Shown here piece by piece: positions 1-11,409 of a DNA stretch of 64,000 bases (the stretch's first letter is position 1; each line of letters starts with the position of its first letter). The stretch comes from Adineta vaga (taxonomy: Eukaryota; Animalia; Rotifera). Both the position numbers and the translations under genes were made by a program. Where the stretch lies: assembly GCA_021613535.1 (NCBI GenBank), contig CP075494.1:16554001-16618000 (forward strand), written 5' to 3'. A model generated the notes under the pieces. That model did not search any database. It saw only the letters and a program-made list of their open reading frames with translations, and was not told the DNA's origin.

Positions 1-496
1 TATTCTTACATCTATTCATCATGTCTTTAATCATATCTTAATTCAAGATCCTCGATCAAATATTCGTTTTTGGTGTGTAATTAAACATCGTCAATCATGG
101 CTTCGTATTTATGAAATATGTATCAGTATATTTAATAATGTAATTCCACTTTGTATTAATTTTATTTGTGGAATCGTTTTATTGATATCACTTTCAATTA
201 AACATAGACGAGTTTCGCCTAAAAAACGATATCGAACAATTTTCATGTCAAATATGAGATTACATAAGGATCTTTTGATTGCACCATTAATAATGATTAT
301 GACTAAATTACCATTATTAATTATATCACTTTCGGTCAAATGTCTCCAACAACAATGGCAAATCTATTTATCACTCTTTGCTTATTGTCTTTCATTAATG
401 CCAATGATTAGTACATTTTTTACTTTTGTTTGGCCTTCAAATTCTTATATGAGAAAATTTCAAGAACAACTTTCATGTTTTAAATCATCAAAATAA
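1..496 (+). CDS. 3' part of an orphan 7TM/GPCR-like gene (TM5-TM7), starts outside the window
   Basis: Hydrophobic helices ending LLIAPLIMIMTKLPLLII...AYCLSLMPMISTFFTFVWPSNSYMRKF; same TM7 'F.F..PS..Y...F' pattern as the fragment at 10.9-11.1 kb. Confidence 0.6.
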   Translation, partial: ILTSIHHVFNHILIQDPRSNIRFWCVIKHRQSWLRIYEICISIFNNVIPLCINFICGIVLLISLSIKHRRVSPKKRYRTIFMSNMRLHKDLLIAPLIMIMTKLPLLIISLSVKCLQQQWQIYLSLFAYCLSLMPMISTFFTFVWPSNSYMRKFQEQLSCFKSSK

Positions 497-1172
497 AGAC
501 AATGAACTTATATCTTCATCTTCACCCTCAATTCCTTGTTATTTATTCATATTTTATCATTTTATTCAAATAAGTATTGATTTATCAATGACATTAAATT
601 TCTGTCGATATGAATATTATCATTTCTTTTAACCCTAGTAGTGCCGGCCTATTCTATAAGCATTATTTTGACAACATATGTTTTTATAAACCTTTTTCTT
701 TTCTTTTTTTACATTAGTTTCTTGATGTAATATGCTATATATGTATTCGCTTTCATGGAAAATAGAAAAATGAATATCATTTCCTTTATTTCAAACAAGT
801 CATCTAAAAAACATAAAATGAAAAAAGTCAAGTAATACACCACTGATATGTTTGATCTACAATAGTATCGATTATCTATTACCATCATTGGATAGCTTAA
901 CACCACTCAAAAATATTTTGAATTGTTCGGACATATATATCCAAATTGTATTCTTGCCGAAGTTGTAACTTCGTCATTATATCTTGTCGAAGTTATTGTA
1001 TGATACTTAATTAGCATTGAACATCATGAAACTAACTTTTTTTTCTCAATATCAACTTTAAAAAACATTTTCTTGTATTAATAATGAATAGAATAATATT
1101 TATTGATATAGATTTTCAAAAATATACACATATAACAAAAAAATAACATAAATAGAAACCAGTACATTGAAG

Positions 1173-1535
1173 CTACTTGTTACCACATGTTGAAGAATTA
1201 TGGGAACGTGAATTGCATAAGACTTTAGCCTGTTTACATTTACATCTACTACTGGTGCAACCACCTTTGCATGAATATTTTAACAATCCTTGTTCACCAG
1301 TAATACTTTGACTTTTAGCAATTTCTCTCAATGATTTTTGTGTACCTTTATTAATATTTTCAATCAATAATGTTGGTATTCCAGGTGCTTTTGAAATTTG
1401 ATTAAAACTATAATAACCATTGATTAATCCATGTTCAATTCTCAACTTAAATTTATTATTTTGTATTTAGAGAATCACAGCGAGAACATTGCATGCGTCA
1501 GTTGGACCACGATCAACCTCTGGTACTGGTACCAA
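1173..1535 (-). pseudogene. C-terminal remnant of a KRBA2/Ginger-like DDE integrase with terminal CXC cluster
   Basis: Reads LVPVPEVDRGPTDACNVLAVIL*IQNNKFKLRIEHG...SLREIAKSQSITGEQG..YSCKGGCTSSRCKCKQAKVLCNSRSHNSSTCGNK; in-frame stop; cut off at 1539 by another element. Confidence 0.7.
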
Positions 1536-1538
1536 CTA

Positions 1539-2706
1539 CCCAGCTCAACCAATCCGCTGATCCGATAGAATCCTATAGGATCCCTGGTGACGGAATCGAA
1601 TACGAATCCGACTGTCGGAATCCACTACACTTCCGATAATATCCGATGAATTGAAAAAATTCTACAAATGCCTAATTTCTTTGTATTTTCTCGGATTACA
1701 AATCCTTTACTTATTCATTTGATATCTATCTCGTAGGATTTCTTTCGATTTCTTTTCGATTCAATCAAAATCCCTCACTTATATTTGCTATATGCTCGAT
1801 TAGAGTATGATTCATTTGGACTGGTTTAGGACCAAATGCCGATTATGTAGATTGTATAGTGACTTAAGGAAGGGATGGAGGAATATGATTGTTTTTTCGG
1901 ACTCTCAGAATGGCAGGAGATGAAATATATGAAAGAATGCCAATGTTAAAGTTGTTTTGTGTAGAATTAATCGAGTATTTCGGTGGAAAATGAACATTTT
2001 TCGGGGGATATAGGTAGAAATGTGAGTTGATGTTTGCGTTTCTTTTGGGTATGTCGTTCTGAGTTGTTGGGGGATGCCTGGCAGTGTTAATTGTTTTCAT
2101 AAGCAATATTTGTACATCGTTAGGTAGTGTAGCCTTGGCGAAAGCACGAAGCTAGCAGTTATATTGGCTAAGCAAATGTTTTCAGTGGGAATTAGTAGTC
2201 ATAGAAGACGGCAATGGAGGATATCTGTTGTTGTGCTATGTGTAGGTTGTTGAAGAACGCTCGCTGCTGCTGGCACTGTGGTTGTTAAAATGGGGATGCC
2301 GTAGATTTTTCCGAATGATACTTTATGATGGAGTTATGAGGTATGAAATAAGAAAAATACGGTCTGCTTAAAATGTGAATGGTTTAAAAATATGTATTTC
2401 ACTGGGAGTTAGACAATACATATTCATGAACAGCGTCAAATAGTTCGAATATCGTGTTTCAGGTTCATCTAATTCGTCTTTTCGGTTGTTTATAATATTC
2501 ATTTCAAGATTTATCTTAGAATTCGTTGGATTTTGTCGGAATATGGTGAGATTCATGGGTTCATGGTACTAGGATCTGATCGGTTCCTTGATACTGGATA
2601 CTATCGGACGTAGTTAATAGGATCCGATAGATTCCAATGCGATTCCGTCACCGGGAATCCAATAAAATCCTATGCTTTTCGATCGGATCCGAGTATGGGA
2701 TTGGTC
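1539..2706. mobile_element. Degenerate non-autonomous TIR element (CCCAG start, GGAATC/GATCCG-rich subterminal repeats)
   Basis: Left arm CCCAGCTCAACCAATCC..GATCCGAT..TCCCTGGTGACGGAATC is mirrored by right arm GATTCCGTCACCGGGA..ATCGGATCC..GGATTGGT; right terminus eroded. Confidence 0.55.
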
Positions 2707-2802
2707 ATAAATGTAATACCTGAAAGTTGAATTCAGTTATTCAGGTATTCAACTTTTCATCGCAATGAGAGTGCTTCGAAGGGTGATGGAAGGTTTATCG
2801 CA

Positions 2803-2859
2803 TCTTGAGGGTGTGGGTGTTAGTACTAGTACCTCTTCACCCCCCAACACCCACACCCA
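2803..2859. repeat. Telomere-hexamer inverted-repeat element
   Basis: TCTTGAGGGTGTGGGTGTT...AACACCCACACCC. Confidence 0.8.
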
Positions 2860-2861
2860 TG

Positions 2862-3503
2862 CTTCTTTAGATCCACAGGAAGATCGGCATGGGGGTTAGA
2901 ATGGTCATGAAGGGAGGGGGCGTTGGTATCTGCGTCCAAAATGGTCAACTGCAATGCCTGAGGGTTCTAAAAAAACTGGATCTGGAGTGAAATAGCTACT
3001 CTACCTGTATGGCGTCGAAGTGAAGTTTATAAATTAGAAAATGATTTACAGCGAGTGTCTGAGCATAGGAAGATCTATCCAAGGGTGCGAATTGCAGCGG
3101 AAGCGTGTGTGTAGAATGGGACTGGAGTAGCAGCAGGGCAGTAGGAGTGGATTTAAAAAGAACAGAGCTGTATGTCGTATGCGTAGCGAGACAAGACCAT
3201 TAGGGAAGAACTAATGAAGAGATGCGAAAAATTCTGAAAAAAAGGACCTGGTGCATGATGCGAAAGGCGACATAGGAGGGGTCTCAATGCGGAGGAGAAA
3301 GACGTGTGGAAGACAGGTAATTCGCGCTGAGTGGCGACCTGAAGAATTACAGTAGTTAAGGCAGGGCAGGAAAGGAGGGTGTGACGATTTTTTGATACAC
3401 GACGGGTAAATACCAATGTAGAGGTCCAGTGGTTGATGAGAAAAGCACTGTTATAGATGAAAAACGTAAACTTTGTCCTCTTTGCAGCGGGTATCTCCAC
3501 TAG
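2862..3503 (+). mobile_element. 5'-truncated non-autonomous Helitron, copy 1
   Basis: Reverse-complement homolog of about 53640-54265; ends with hairpin-like CCTCTTTGCAGCGGG followed by CTAG (3500-3503). Confidence 0.75.
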
Positions 3504-4404
3504 AAAAAGTTATAAATGAAACATATCAGCCTAAATGAGATGATTTTTTATCACTGATTAGATAGACTATCATATCTGATATTAGTATGAACATCACTCG
3601 ACGGTTAAATGGAATTAGTGGATTGCAATTACTTGATAGGAAGTTCGAATCTAATCAGAGGAAAAAAAATAAAAATAGATAGTGGTATTTAGTGATTTGA
3701 CCGAAGTGTTAAAGTACCGTCTTAAGATAATGGACAGGTTACAAACATAGAAAAGTTAAAGATTACCAGATATAGATGTCAGCAATAATATACCATCAAT
3801 ATGATGAATTAATTTTTTACAAAAACTGTTAATAATCGCGGTTTGAACATACGGCGGTTCCGAGCGGTGTAGAAAAAACTAATAGAAGGTGTGACTTTTT
3901 CGGTGCGAAATCATCGTTCAAAACCGCAAGTAATAAACCGTTGTTAATTGTCACAGTATTTTTTTAAACATTTTTTCGTGGGTACATTGAAGCTTCTACT
4001 TGAACATAAAATAGATGAGCTTAGTCCTCTTAAACAATATATAAACTGAACCAAATATATGTCCTCTTATATCAACAAGAACAAATCATTTTTTTATAGA
4101 CTTCCAACGCAATCTTTCGTTTTACCCCATCTATAAATAACAATTAGTTTAGAAAGTATGTTATCTGTTCTGACATCTTCTTGTTTTTATTTTACTTGTC
4201 TACCCTTTACTTAAATCAAATTATTTTTTTTCTCAACAAAAGTTTACTTTTTTTTCCTTCTTTTTGATTCTTATCGCATATTTATATCATATTCTTTTTC
4301 TTTTCAGGTGATTATTATTTATTCTTTGTTCTTCTCACTCTATTAGGTATAATAACATTTCAGATAGTTTACAGTTAGATTCGAGTTCAACATCATCAAA
4401 TAAT

Positions 4405-5030
4405 ATGGCTAAACAATTACATGGTAAAATTGATAAACTGATTCAACAAGCAAAAGTAAGAAAAACAAATCAAATCTTTCAAAAAAACAGATCTTTCAAT
4501 TTAAAAGTCTTCAAATCGTGAATTAGTTCGTCGTGATATCCTACAAGGTGTTAATTCATTATCAAGCAATTTAGCCTTAAAAATACTTACATATTGTTAT
4601 AGTGATGGAATTTCCAAGGACTTACTTTGTTTATGTGGGACTGTTTCATGTCATTATAGAGGGAATAGATATAACATTCCAATTGAAATTTGGCTTCAAC
4701 AAGATCATCCGAATGTTTCACCATTAGTTTATGTTAAACCAACATCGGATATGTATGTATCTGAAACAAGTAAAAATGTTCAACCAGATGGAACAGTTAT
4801 TATACTTTATTTGAAAAAATGGCGTCATGTAAATATTTAGTCTTGTTTAATTCGAATTTCTTTCCATTTTGACTTTTAGCCAGATAGTAATATAAATGGT
4901 TTATTGAATGAAATATCTGAAGCATTTAGTCAATCACCTCCAGTATATACAAAGGGAACTTCTATTAACAGTTCAATACCATATCCAACGAATACATCGT
5001 TTACAAATTCTAAAGCATCAACTTCGAATG
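4405..5030 (+). CDS. TSG101/Vps23-type UEV (ubiquitin E2 variant) domain gene; not in the ORF track because of introns; 3' end unresolved
   Basis: Exons 4405-4455, 4508-4828, 4880-about 5030 with GT-AG introns; translation ...YSDGISKDLLCLCGTVSCHYRGNRYNIPIEIWLQQDHPNVSPLVYVKPTSDMYV...VQPDGTVIILYLKKWRH/PDSNINGLLNEISEAFSQSPPVY matches the UEV signature. Confidence 0.85.
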
Positions 5031-5687
5031 CATCTTTATTGAGCACTCACAGTAAATTCCATTGCATCATTATTTTATAGAGTCAAGCGTGTCCATTTTC
5101 CTTGGTGAATGTTAGTGATCGACTTGAGATAAAAAAGCATGAGCCAAATTTCTAACAGAGATCTCTAGAAATGTTAGCATTTTTTGACTCGATAATTATT
5201 ACTTAGTTTCAAGGATATATTTTATCATTACGGCGAAAGATCGAACAAATCAGATACAGATAAACAGTAGAAGAAGCTGAGAGCATTGTTGAATAATCGT
5301 TATCATATTTACTTCAGATATTTTGATGAGACAAATTGATACGAGAGCAGTACTAACTTTTTTAGATGATAGAAACTTGCGCCATTGCCTACTTCCATGT
5401 ATGAATTTCAATTCTACGATTATTGATCATGATTTCACAAGCTTTCTGTGTACATCTCGCAGAAGTTTCAACAGCTTGCCGCAAAAAATGTATTTTATCC
5501 TCATTGATAGATTTACTGTTACATTATTTTTTGTACTTTGCTAAATTATCTGACGAAAATTTGTTGTCGCAAAAGATTGTTCGACTAGAGACACTTGTTT
5601 TTGAAAATTTCACCTAAAATGAACGTCGTTAAGCGTCAAATCTATTATGCGTCGGTGCTTCTTCATACCCATACATTTCTTTCTAGG

Positions 5688-6435
5688 TCTAACTTCCAAT
5701 GTGGTACTTAATAATGTTGATGAACAAAGCCATACTCACCGTTTCTCCGATATTGCTGGAGAACCACAACGAATGCTTTTACCAATTCAAGACTTTGACA
5801 AAATGTCTCTTGTTTCTCTTGAGAAGGCTATCATTCCGATCCTCTCGCTAGTTCCAGATGTCGAACAGATGGTCTGGATAGCTAAACAGAACTGCACTCA
5901 TCCAAAAGATGGTTTAAATAGTGATGAGTCTGCATCTATCATGCTTTATACAATGGAATGGGAACCATATGAGAAATCTTTCTATGTTATATTCAATACT
6001 GCTTTGCGAGCAGCCAACCGCGAAAAGCTGAAACCGTGGTATTTATATCTTCGACTCATTATCCAGTCTCTTGAAAAACTTCCATCAACGCGTCAATTTG
6101 TCTATCGAGGTGTTAAGTTGGATTTGAGTAATCAATATATTCGAGGAAGTACAGTTGTCTGGTGGGGTTTCTCTTCATGTACTTTATCGATCGAGACACT
6201 CAATAACGAACGTTTCTTGGGCAAGAGTGGAATAAGAACTCTCTTCAGTATTGAATGTAATTCAGGCAGAAATATTCAACCTCACTCATTTTATGCAAAA
6301 GAAGACGAAGTTTTACTGTTCCCTGCTCGTCAATTTGAAGTCATTGGCTGTCTGGATCAAGGAAATGGACTTCATATTATTCAACTGCGAGAAACACAAC
6401 CAAAATTTCCATTAATCAAACTTACTTCATCATAA
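5688..6435 (+). CDS. NAD(+):arginine ADP-ribosyltransferase (ARTC-like, R-S-E) terminal exon
   Basis: Motifs DESASIMLYT, VYRGV, WWGFSSCT, KEDEVLL; preceded by a polypyrimidine acceptor TTTCTTTCTAG ending at 5687. Confidence 0.85.
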
Positions 6436-6572
6436 AACTTGAACAGTTGACGACACCTTTCAGATCACATTTTTTTCTAGACATTTGTCGGCATGTCGAC
6501 ATTTTTACTGCTATTTATAAGCCAGAAATGATTAAATAAAGAGAATAAATCTTAAGTTGCCCTAATGAAGAA

Positions 6573-6636
6573 GAGGTGGGTGGGTGGGTATGGGTGAGAA
6601 ACAGAGGAATGTCTACACCCACACCCACCCTCAAGA
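6573..6636. repeat. Telomere-hexamer inverted-repeat element
   Basis: GAGGTGGGTGGGTGGGTATGGGTG...CACCCACACCCACCCTCAAGA. Confidence 0.8.
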
Positions 6637-7103
6637 TAGTGAAGATGCGAGTGAGGATGTGAATGAGCACTTGCTATGCAAACTTCACCTACACCCAGAG
6701 AAAAGAAAAGATTGATGGTATATTTCAGACACCGTAGAATTTTCGACATTTCTGCTTTCAGATTTTTACATCAAATCCCTATCTCAGTTATACATGGTGG
6801 GACATGTTGTAGTTGTAGATGAATAGTTTCAAGAAAAACCCTCTACATCTCCCGTTATTTTCTGACACATGAATTTTTCCCTCTGGGATGTTCTGAACCA
6901 GTATCGAGTCCCTCCACTAGTAACATATATACTTCTAAAGAAGATGATGCAATATTCTTTTTTCCTACTCTATAACAAAAGTACTTATAATGTTGGAAAA
7001 AAACAAGTTAGATAGTTACGAGATAAGAGCGTAGAAAAAGAAAAAAAATTACATCATAGATAACTACAAAAAGAAAGAACAACATTATTTGTTAAGTCAC
7101 AGA

Positions 7104-8252
7104 ATGGCACAGTCGAAAACAGAAAAAAACGTAGTTGATGAAGCAGAACATCATATTCAATGGTTAAGACAACATGTGATCCAAAGTTGGCAAGACCATG
7201 GTAAAATGCCCATTTTTAACAATTATCGCCAAAAAGTCGCTTTAGAGCATAATGCTAAATATAAAGCAGTGGAACCATCTATAATCAAACGGACTCAAGG
7301 TTTATTAAAACGTCAATATGCTGATAAAATTGCTGGTGCTGTTTCGTTTTTCACTCCAGAAAACTTTGAAAATTTTTATCGAGATGTTAATGAATTTGGC
7401 ATGATGTACGCATTAAGAACTTTTTTTCGTAATTTTGGTTTCAACTTTATCACTACAGAACTATATTCATTTATTAGTACAATCATAATTGAATACTGGG
7501 AACAAAATCGACATAAATATCCAACATTTAGTCCAGAAAATATATCGACTAATGTGTCGAATGCTGCTGCTGGTTGCATTTTGAGTGTTTTATATTCAGT
7601 GATTGTGAACGCATGTATGTATTTATTTCATCACTGGCGCAAAGTGTCTCTACAAAAGCAAGTTGTGAATGAAAGTGATCATAAGGTGAAAACTGAAATG
7701 TTCGAAAAAATTCGTCACCATCAAATGTCAAAGGAATATATAACTAGTTGGCGTAATATTATTAAAAATCTTTTTAACATAATCTTAGGAGGTATAGCCG
7801 CTTTAAGCTTAGCTGGTACAGGTCTTATAATTGCAGCCGTTTTAATTCCATGGATTATATGGGTTTTTGAAAAGCTTTATGATCATTTCACTGGTAAAAA
7901 AGAAATAGGTTTTATTACGAAAGCAGCTGATTTCATATTCGGTAAAGAACGATACGAACGCATTCATGAATATTGGAATGATGAAGGGCAGGAATCATCA
8001 GTACCTCATATATTCAAATGTCCTATCACACATACTATGATGGTTGATCCAGTTATGAATAACTGTGGTCAAATATACGAAAGAAACGAATTATTAGCAT
8101 GGTTAAAGACTTCGAATAGAGACCCGATGACTAACGGTGCTGTTGCATTAGATTCGATTATATCATTACCAGAGCTAAAAGATTATATTTTTCAATTTGC
8201 CAAACAACATTCTATTGATTTAATACGAGAGCGAACGACCATAGCATTATAG
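7104..8252 (+). CDS. Intronless multi-TM protein with C-terminal U-box (E3 ligase-like)
   Basis: FKCPITHTMMVDPVMNNCGQIYERNELLAWL...DPMTN...LPELKDYI is a U-box; 2-4 hydrophobic segments upstream; first ATG at 7104. Confidence 0.8.
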   Translation: MAQSKTEKNVVDEAEHHIQWLRQHVIQSWQDHGKMPIFNNYRQKVALEHNAKYKAVEPSIIKRTQGLLKRQYADKIAGAVSFFTPENFENFYRDVNEFGMMYALRTFFRNFGFNFITTELYSFISTIIIEYWEQNRHKYPTFSPENISTNVSNAAAGCILSVLYSVIVNACMYLFHHWRKVSLQKQVVNESDHKVKTEMFEKIRHHQMSKEYITSWRNIIKNLFNIILGGIAALSLAGTGLIIAAVLIPWIIWVFEKLYDHFTGKKEIGFITKAADFIFGKERYERIHEYWNDEGQESSVPHIFKCPITHTMMVDPVMNNCGQIYERNELLAWLKTSNRDPMTNGAVALDSIISLPELKDYIFQFAKQHSIDLIRERTTIAL

Positions 8253-9378
8253 CAACGCCTGTTATATTAGCATATAATGAATGACAATAAAATAAAAACA
8301 AACGCATTTTAACAAATAAAATCTTTCTCTTGACAAAAATCGAAGATATGAATATAAAAACGGCTACACATTATCACACTATACAATTATTTCAATAAAA
8401 ATTACATTTTCAAAAGAAAATTCTTTTTCGATTGTTCTATGTTTGTAAATCTGTTTTTTACATTTATCATTTAAGTTAAATCCGATTAACGAAAGATACT
8501 TGAATATGGTGTACTTTTCTGCATCATTAAATCAGATTTTTCATAGTTTTTTTTTACAAGGGAAGTATGTCATATTGATATGAGTACGTATGTAGAACAT
8601 ATCGTTTAAATAAAACAATATGTTTCTTAGTACTTATATTTTAGTAGAATAGTCACCGATTGTCTTACGTCTAAATATATATGAGTCTATATCTCATTTT
8701 AACGTATTAAACAAGTGTAAATTGGATAATGAAAAATAAAATATTTTCTGTCATACACAATCCTACATCTATCTGATGTTGTTTTCTATCAGACGAAGTG
8801 TAAGAAGGAATTTACATTGAGGGAGAAATAGAATCATCTTGAAAACTTCTATTTATAGAAATGTTCTTCAGATTACAGACATGCTTTTTATAGGAATATA
8901 GTGATTAAAGAAACAGTAAAAAGCATAACGAAATGTAAGACTCATTGATATTTAACTTTGTGACAAAATTCTACTAAAGACATGTATTCTTTATTATTAA
9001 TATTAGTTTTTATTTTTTTTTTGCATCTTTTGGAAACCAGAAATAAGAAGAAATATGAAATGAAACAATTAATGTACATTCAACAAAAATTAATAAGAAT
9101 TTATAATTGTTCATTTTTTTCTTAATATTATATCGACTGATAATCTTTTTTATGATAAGTATGACTCACCTTCATATCTTGCTGATTCTGTATGTGTCAT
9201 ATTTACATAGGTGATGCGTAAAATAACCATAGGTTTTTTTCCATGATGTTCTACAAATAAAGATGTGAAATATATTGGAAAAAAACCTAGTAGATTAAAA
9301 GAATGAGGCGAGATTGATGCGAATTATAGATTATAAATATTCTTGACAACATCGAGTCACTTTATTCATTGATACATA

Positions 9379-10452
9379 ATGACTTTTACAGAAAGTACTA
9401 CGATCGAAAGTAAAACTTGTTCTTCCGAATTAAACAATGCATTTAACGAAGAAGTTCTTTTCGATGCTGTCGAAACAAATAATGTGTCTGTAGTGAAGAA
9501 TTTCAAGGAAGATCAACTTCAACGCTTATGTCAAATACCTCGTCTTTTTCCTTCTGAATGGTCATTGCCAGACAAAGAACTACAAACAGCTTATCAACGT
9601 GCATGTCTTCTTGGCCATAGAGATATTGTACAATGTATGTTGAATGCTGGTATTGAAGTTGATCAAAGTTTTCCTGGTGGTGGGTCGCATTCTTCTATGC
9701 GTGGGGCATTTCTTTTTGCTTGTCAATCACGTTCAATGCCAACAATTCTAACCTTACTTGATGCTGGTGCAACTGTTAACCAATTCGGTTCATGTTCTCT
9801 CGCCTATGCTGACTCATTTATACCTAGTATTTCTATCTCTCATTCATATGAAATCCGACAAGTCTCTTGGGAGAATCTCTATCCAATTCACTATGCCATT
9901 GTCGATAATAATCTCGAATTATTACAAAAATTAATTACTTCCGATACAAACAAGTTAGTAACAAATCATTGGTTCAATCCTTTGCATATAGCATGTCTTT
10001 TCAATCGATCTATAACAATAATTGATCTATTGCTTTCCTATGGAGATGCTAATGCAGCAATAGTAGCCAAAACAAGCAATAAAAGGTTCCCTGACGAGCT
10101 TGCAACAGATGAAACAATAATCCAATATCTTCGACCTACACGTCTGTTCATTTGCACAGAACTGAAGAAGAAGCATGAACATGATTTAAAGTCACTTGAA
10201 GAAGGAACTAGTTTTCAAATTTTTATTCAAACTCTTCAACGTAAAACCTTGACAATTACTGTTACGAAAGAGGATACTGTTGAAGATTTGAAGATAAAAA
10301 TTCAAGACAAGCAAGGTCTTCCACCTGATCAACAACGAATTATATACGCAGGAAAGCAACTACAAGATAATTGCATACTTTCCGACTATGCTATTTCAAA
10401 AGGTGCTACCCTTCAGTTGGTACCTAGATTGATTGGTGGATACCGTCATTGA
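9379..10452 (+). CDS. Ankyrin-repeat protein with C-terminal ubiquitin domain ending LIGG-YRH
   Basis: ANK motifs ([37 protein letters not shown]); Ub domain [45 protein letters not shown]. Confidence 0.9.
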   Translation: MTFTESTTIESKTCSSELNNAFNEEVLFDAVETNNVSVVKNFKEDQLQRLCQIPRLFPSEWSLPDKELQTAYQRACLLGHRDIVQCMLNAGIEVDQSFPGGGSHSSMRGAFLFACQSRSMPTILTLLDAGATVNQFGSCSLAYADSFIPSISISHSYEIRQVSWENLYPIHYAIVDNNLELLQKLITSDTNKLVTNHWFNPLHIACLFNRSITIIDLLLSYGDANAAIVAKTSNKRFPDELATDETIIQYLRPTRLFICTELKKKHEHDLKSLEEGTSFQIFIQTLQRKTLTITVTKEDTVEDLKIKIQDKQGLPPDQQRIIYAGKQLQDNCILSDYAISKGATLQLVPRLIGGYRH

Positions 10453-10786
10453 CAATGTTTGTTTTGTAAGCCAGTAAACGATTATTACCAAAAATTAATC
10501 GACATTCTTCTTTTCTATTTATATAATGATAAAAATTCTTGCTTGACATATTTTTTTTGTTTAATATTTCTGAATTCTACCCTATAGTTACACAAGACTT
10601 TTTATAGAAATGTATTGACTATTGTCGAATGAAAGAATGACGAAAACTTCAAATATGGTTTAAGATAAAATATTAGTAGAGTTGATGTTGTAAATGTGCT
10701 AAATAATCAACGAACATAAGACGAAAGTGTTCATATCGATAAAAACATGCAAAATAATTTTTTTATAGAGTATAACGTCATTTTAA

Positions 10787-10843
10787 TCTTGATGGTGTGG
10801 GTGTGGGTGTTGGATAGATACAATATTCACACCCACACCCTAA
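10787..10843. repeat. Telomere-hexamer inverted-repeat element
   Basis: TCTTGATGGTGTGGGTGTGGGTG...CACACCCACACCCTAA. Confidence 0.8.
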
Positions 10844-10879
10844 ACATCACTTTTTTGAACAATTTCGTCAACGTAAACA

Positions 10880-11122
10880 TCTTATTCTATCTTCTTGTAT
10901 TCTTGTCATTGTTGGAATACCACGTCTATAGTCATTTCGTTTCTTACTAGATGTATGAAATCCGCTCGAGATCCTTGGTTATTTCTTACTGGATATTTTC
11001 TTTCATTTCTTCCTCCTAACCTTACATTTCTCGTATTCATATTACCGTCACAAATTTACAAAATGCAATTTATAACAGCTTTGAAACGTCTTAAACAACA
11101 ATTACGAATGATCCGACAATAA
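10880..11122 (+). pseudogene. Isolated TM6-TM7 fragment of an orphan 7TM gene
   Basis: ISFLTRCMKSARDPWLFLTGYFLSFLPPNLTFLVFILPSQIYKMQF resembles the 1-496 C-terminus; no upstream exons visible. Confidence 0.6.
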
Positions 11123-11230
11123 TCTTGAAAATATTAGTAACTCATTTCTTTTTCTCAATAGAACTAAAATATAAAGACGAAAGTTTTTTAAGATCTCTCA
11201 TATTCGACGGTAATTCTTTGAATAAATGAA

Positions 11231-11294
11231 ATCTTGAGGGTGATGGTAACAGTAATACGTCCTTGTATCCTCCTCACACCCTCACCCTCAAGAT
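11231..11294. repeat. Telomere-hexamer inverted-repeat element
   Basis: Perfect 13-bp arms ATCTTGAGGGTGA / TCACCCTCAAGAT. Confidence 0.8.
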
Positions 11295-11409
11295 ATACGA
11301 AATATTGTCAACATACAACATTGAAAGCTTATGATAATCACATAGAATAATATACGAACAAAAACAACAACATTTGTTTTTTTAATGTAATAAAAGTAAA
11401 ATTCTCCAA

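Noticed and set aside
3153-3500. 115-aa ORF and its counterpart at 53727-53930
   Set aside because: Both lie inside the non-autonomous Helitron copies and the frames are not conserved between copies.
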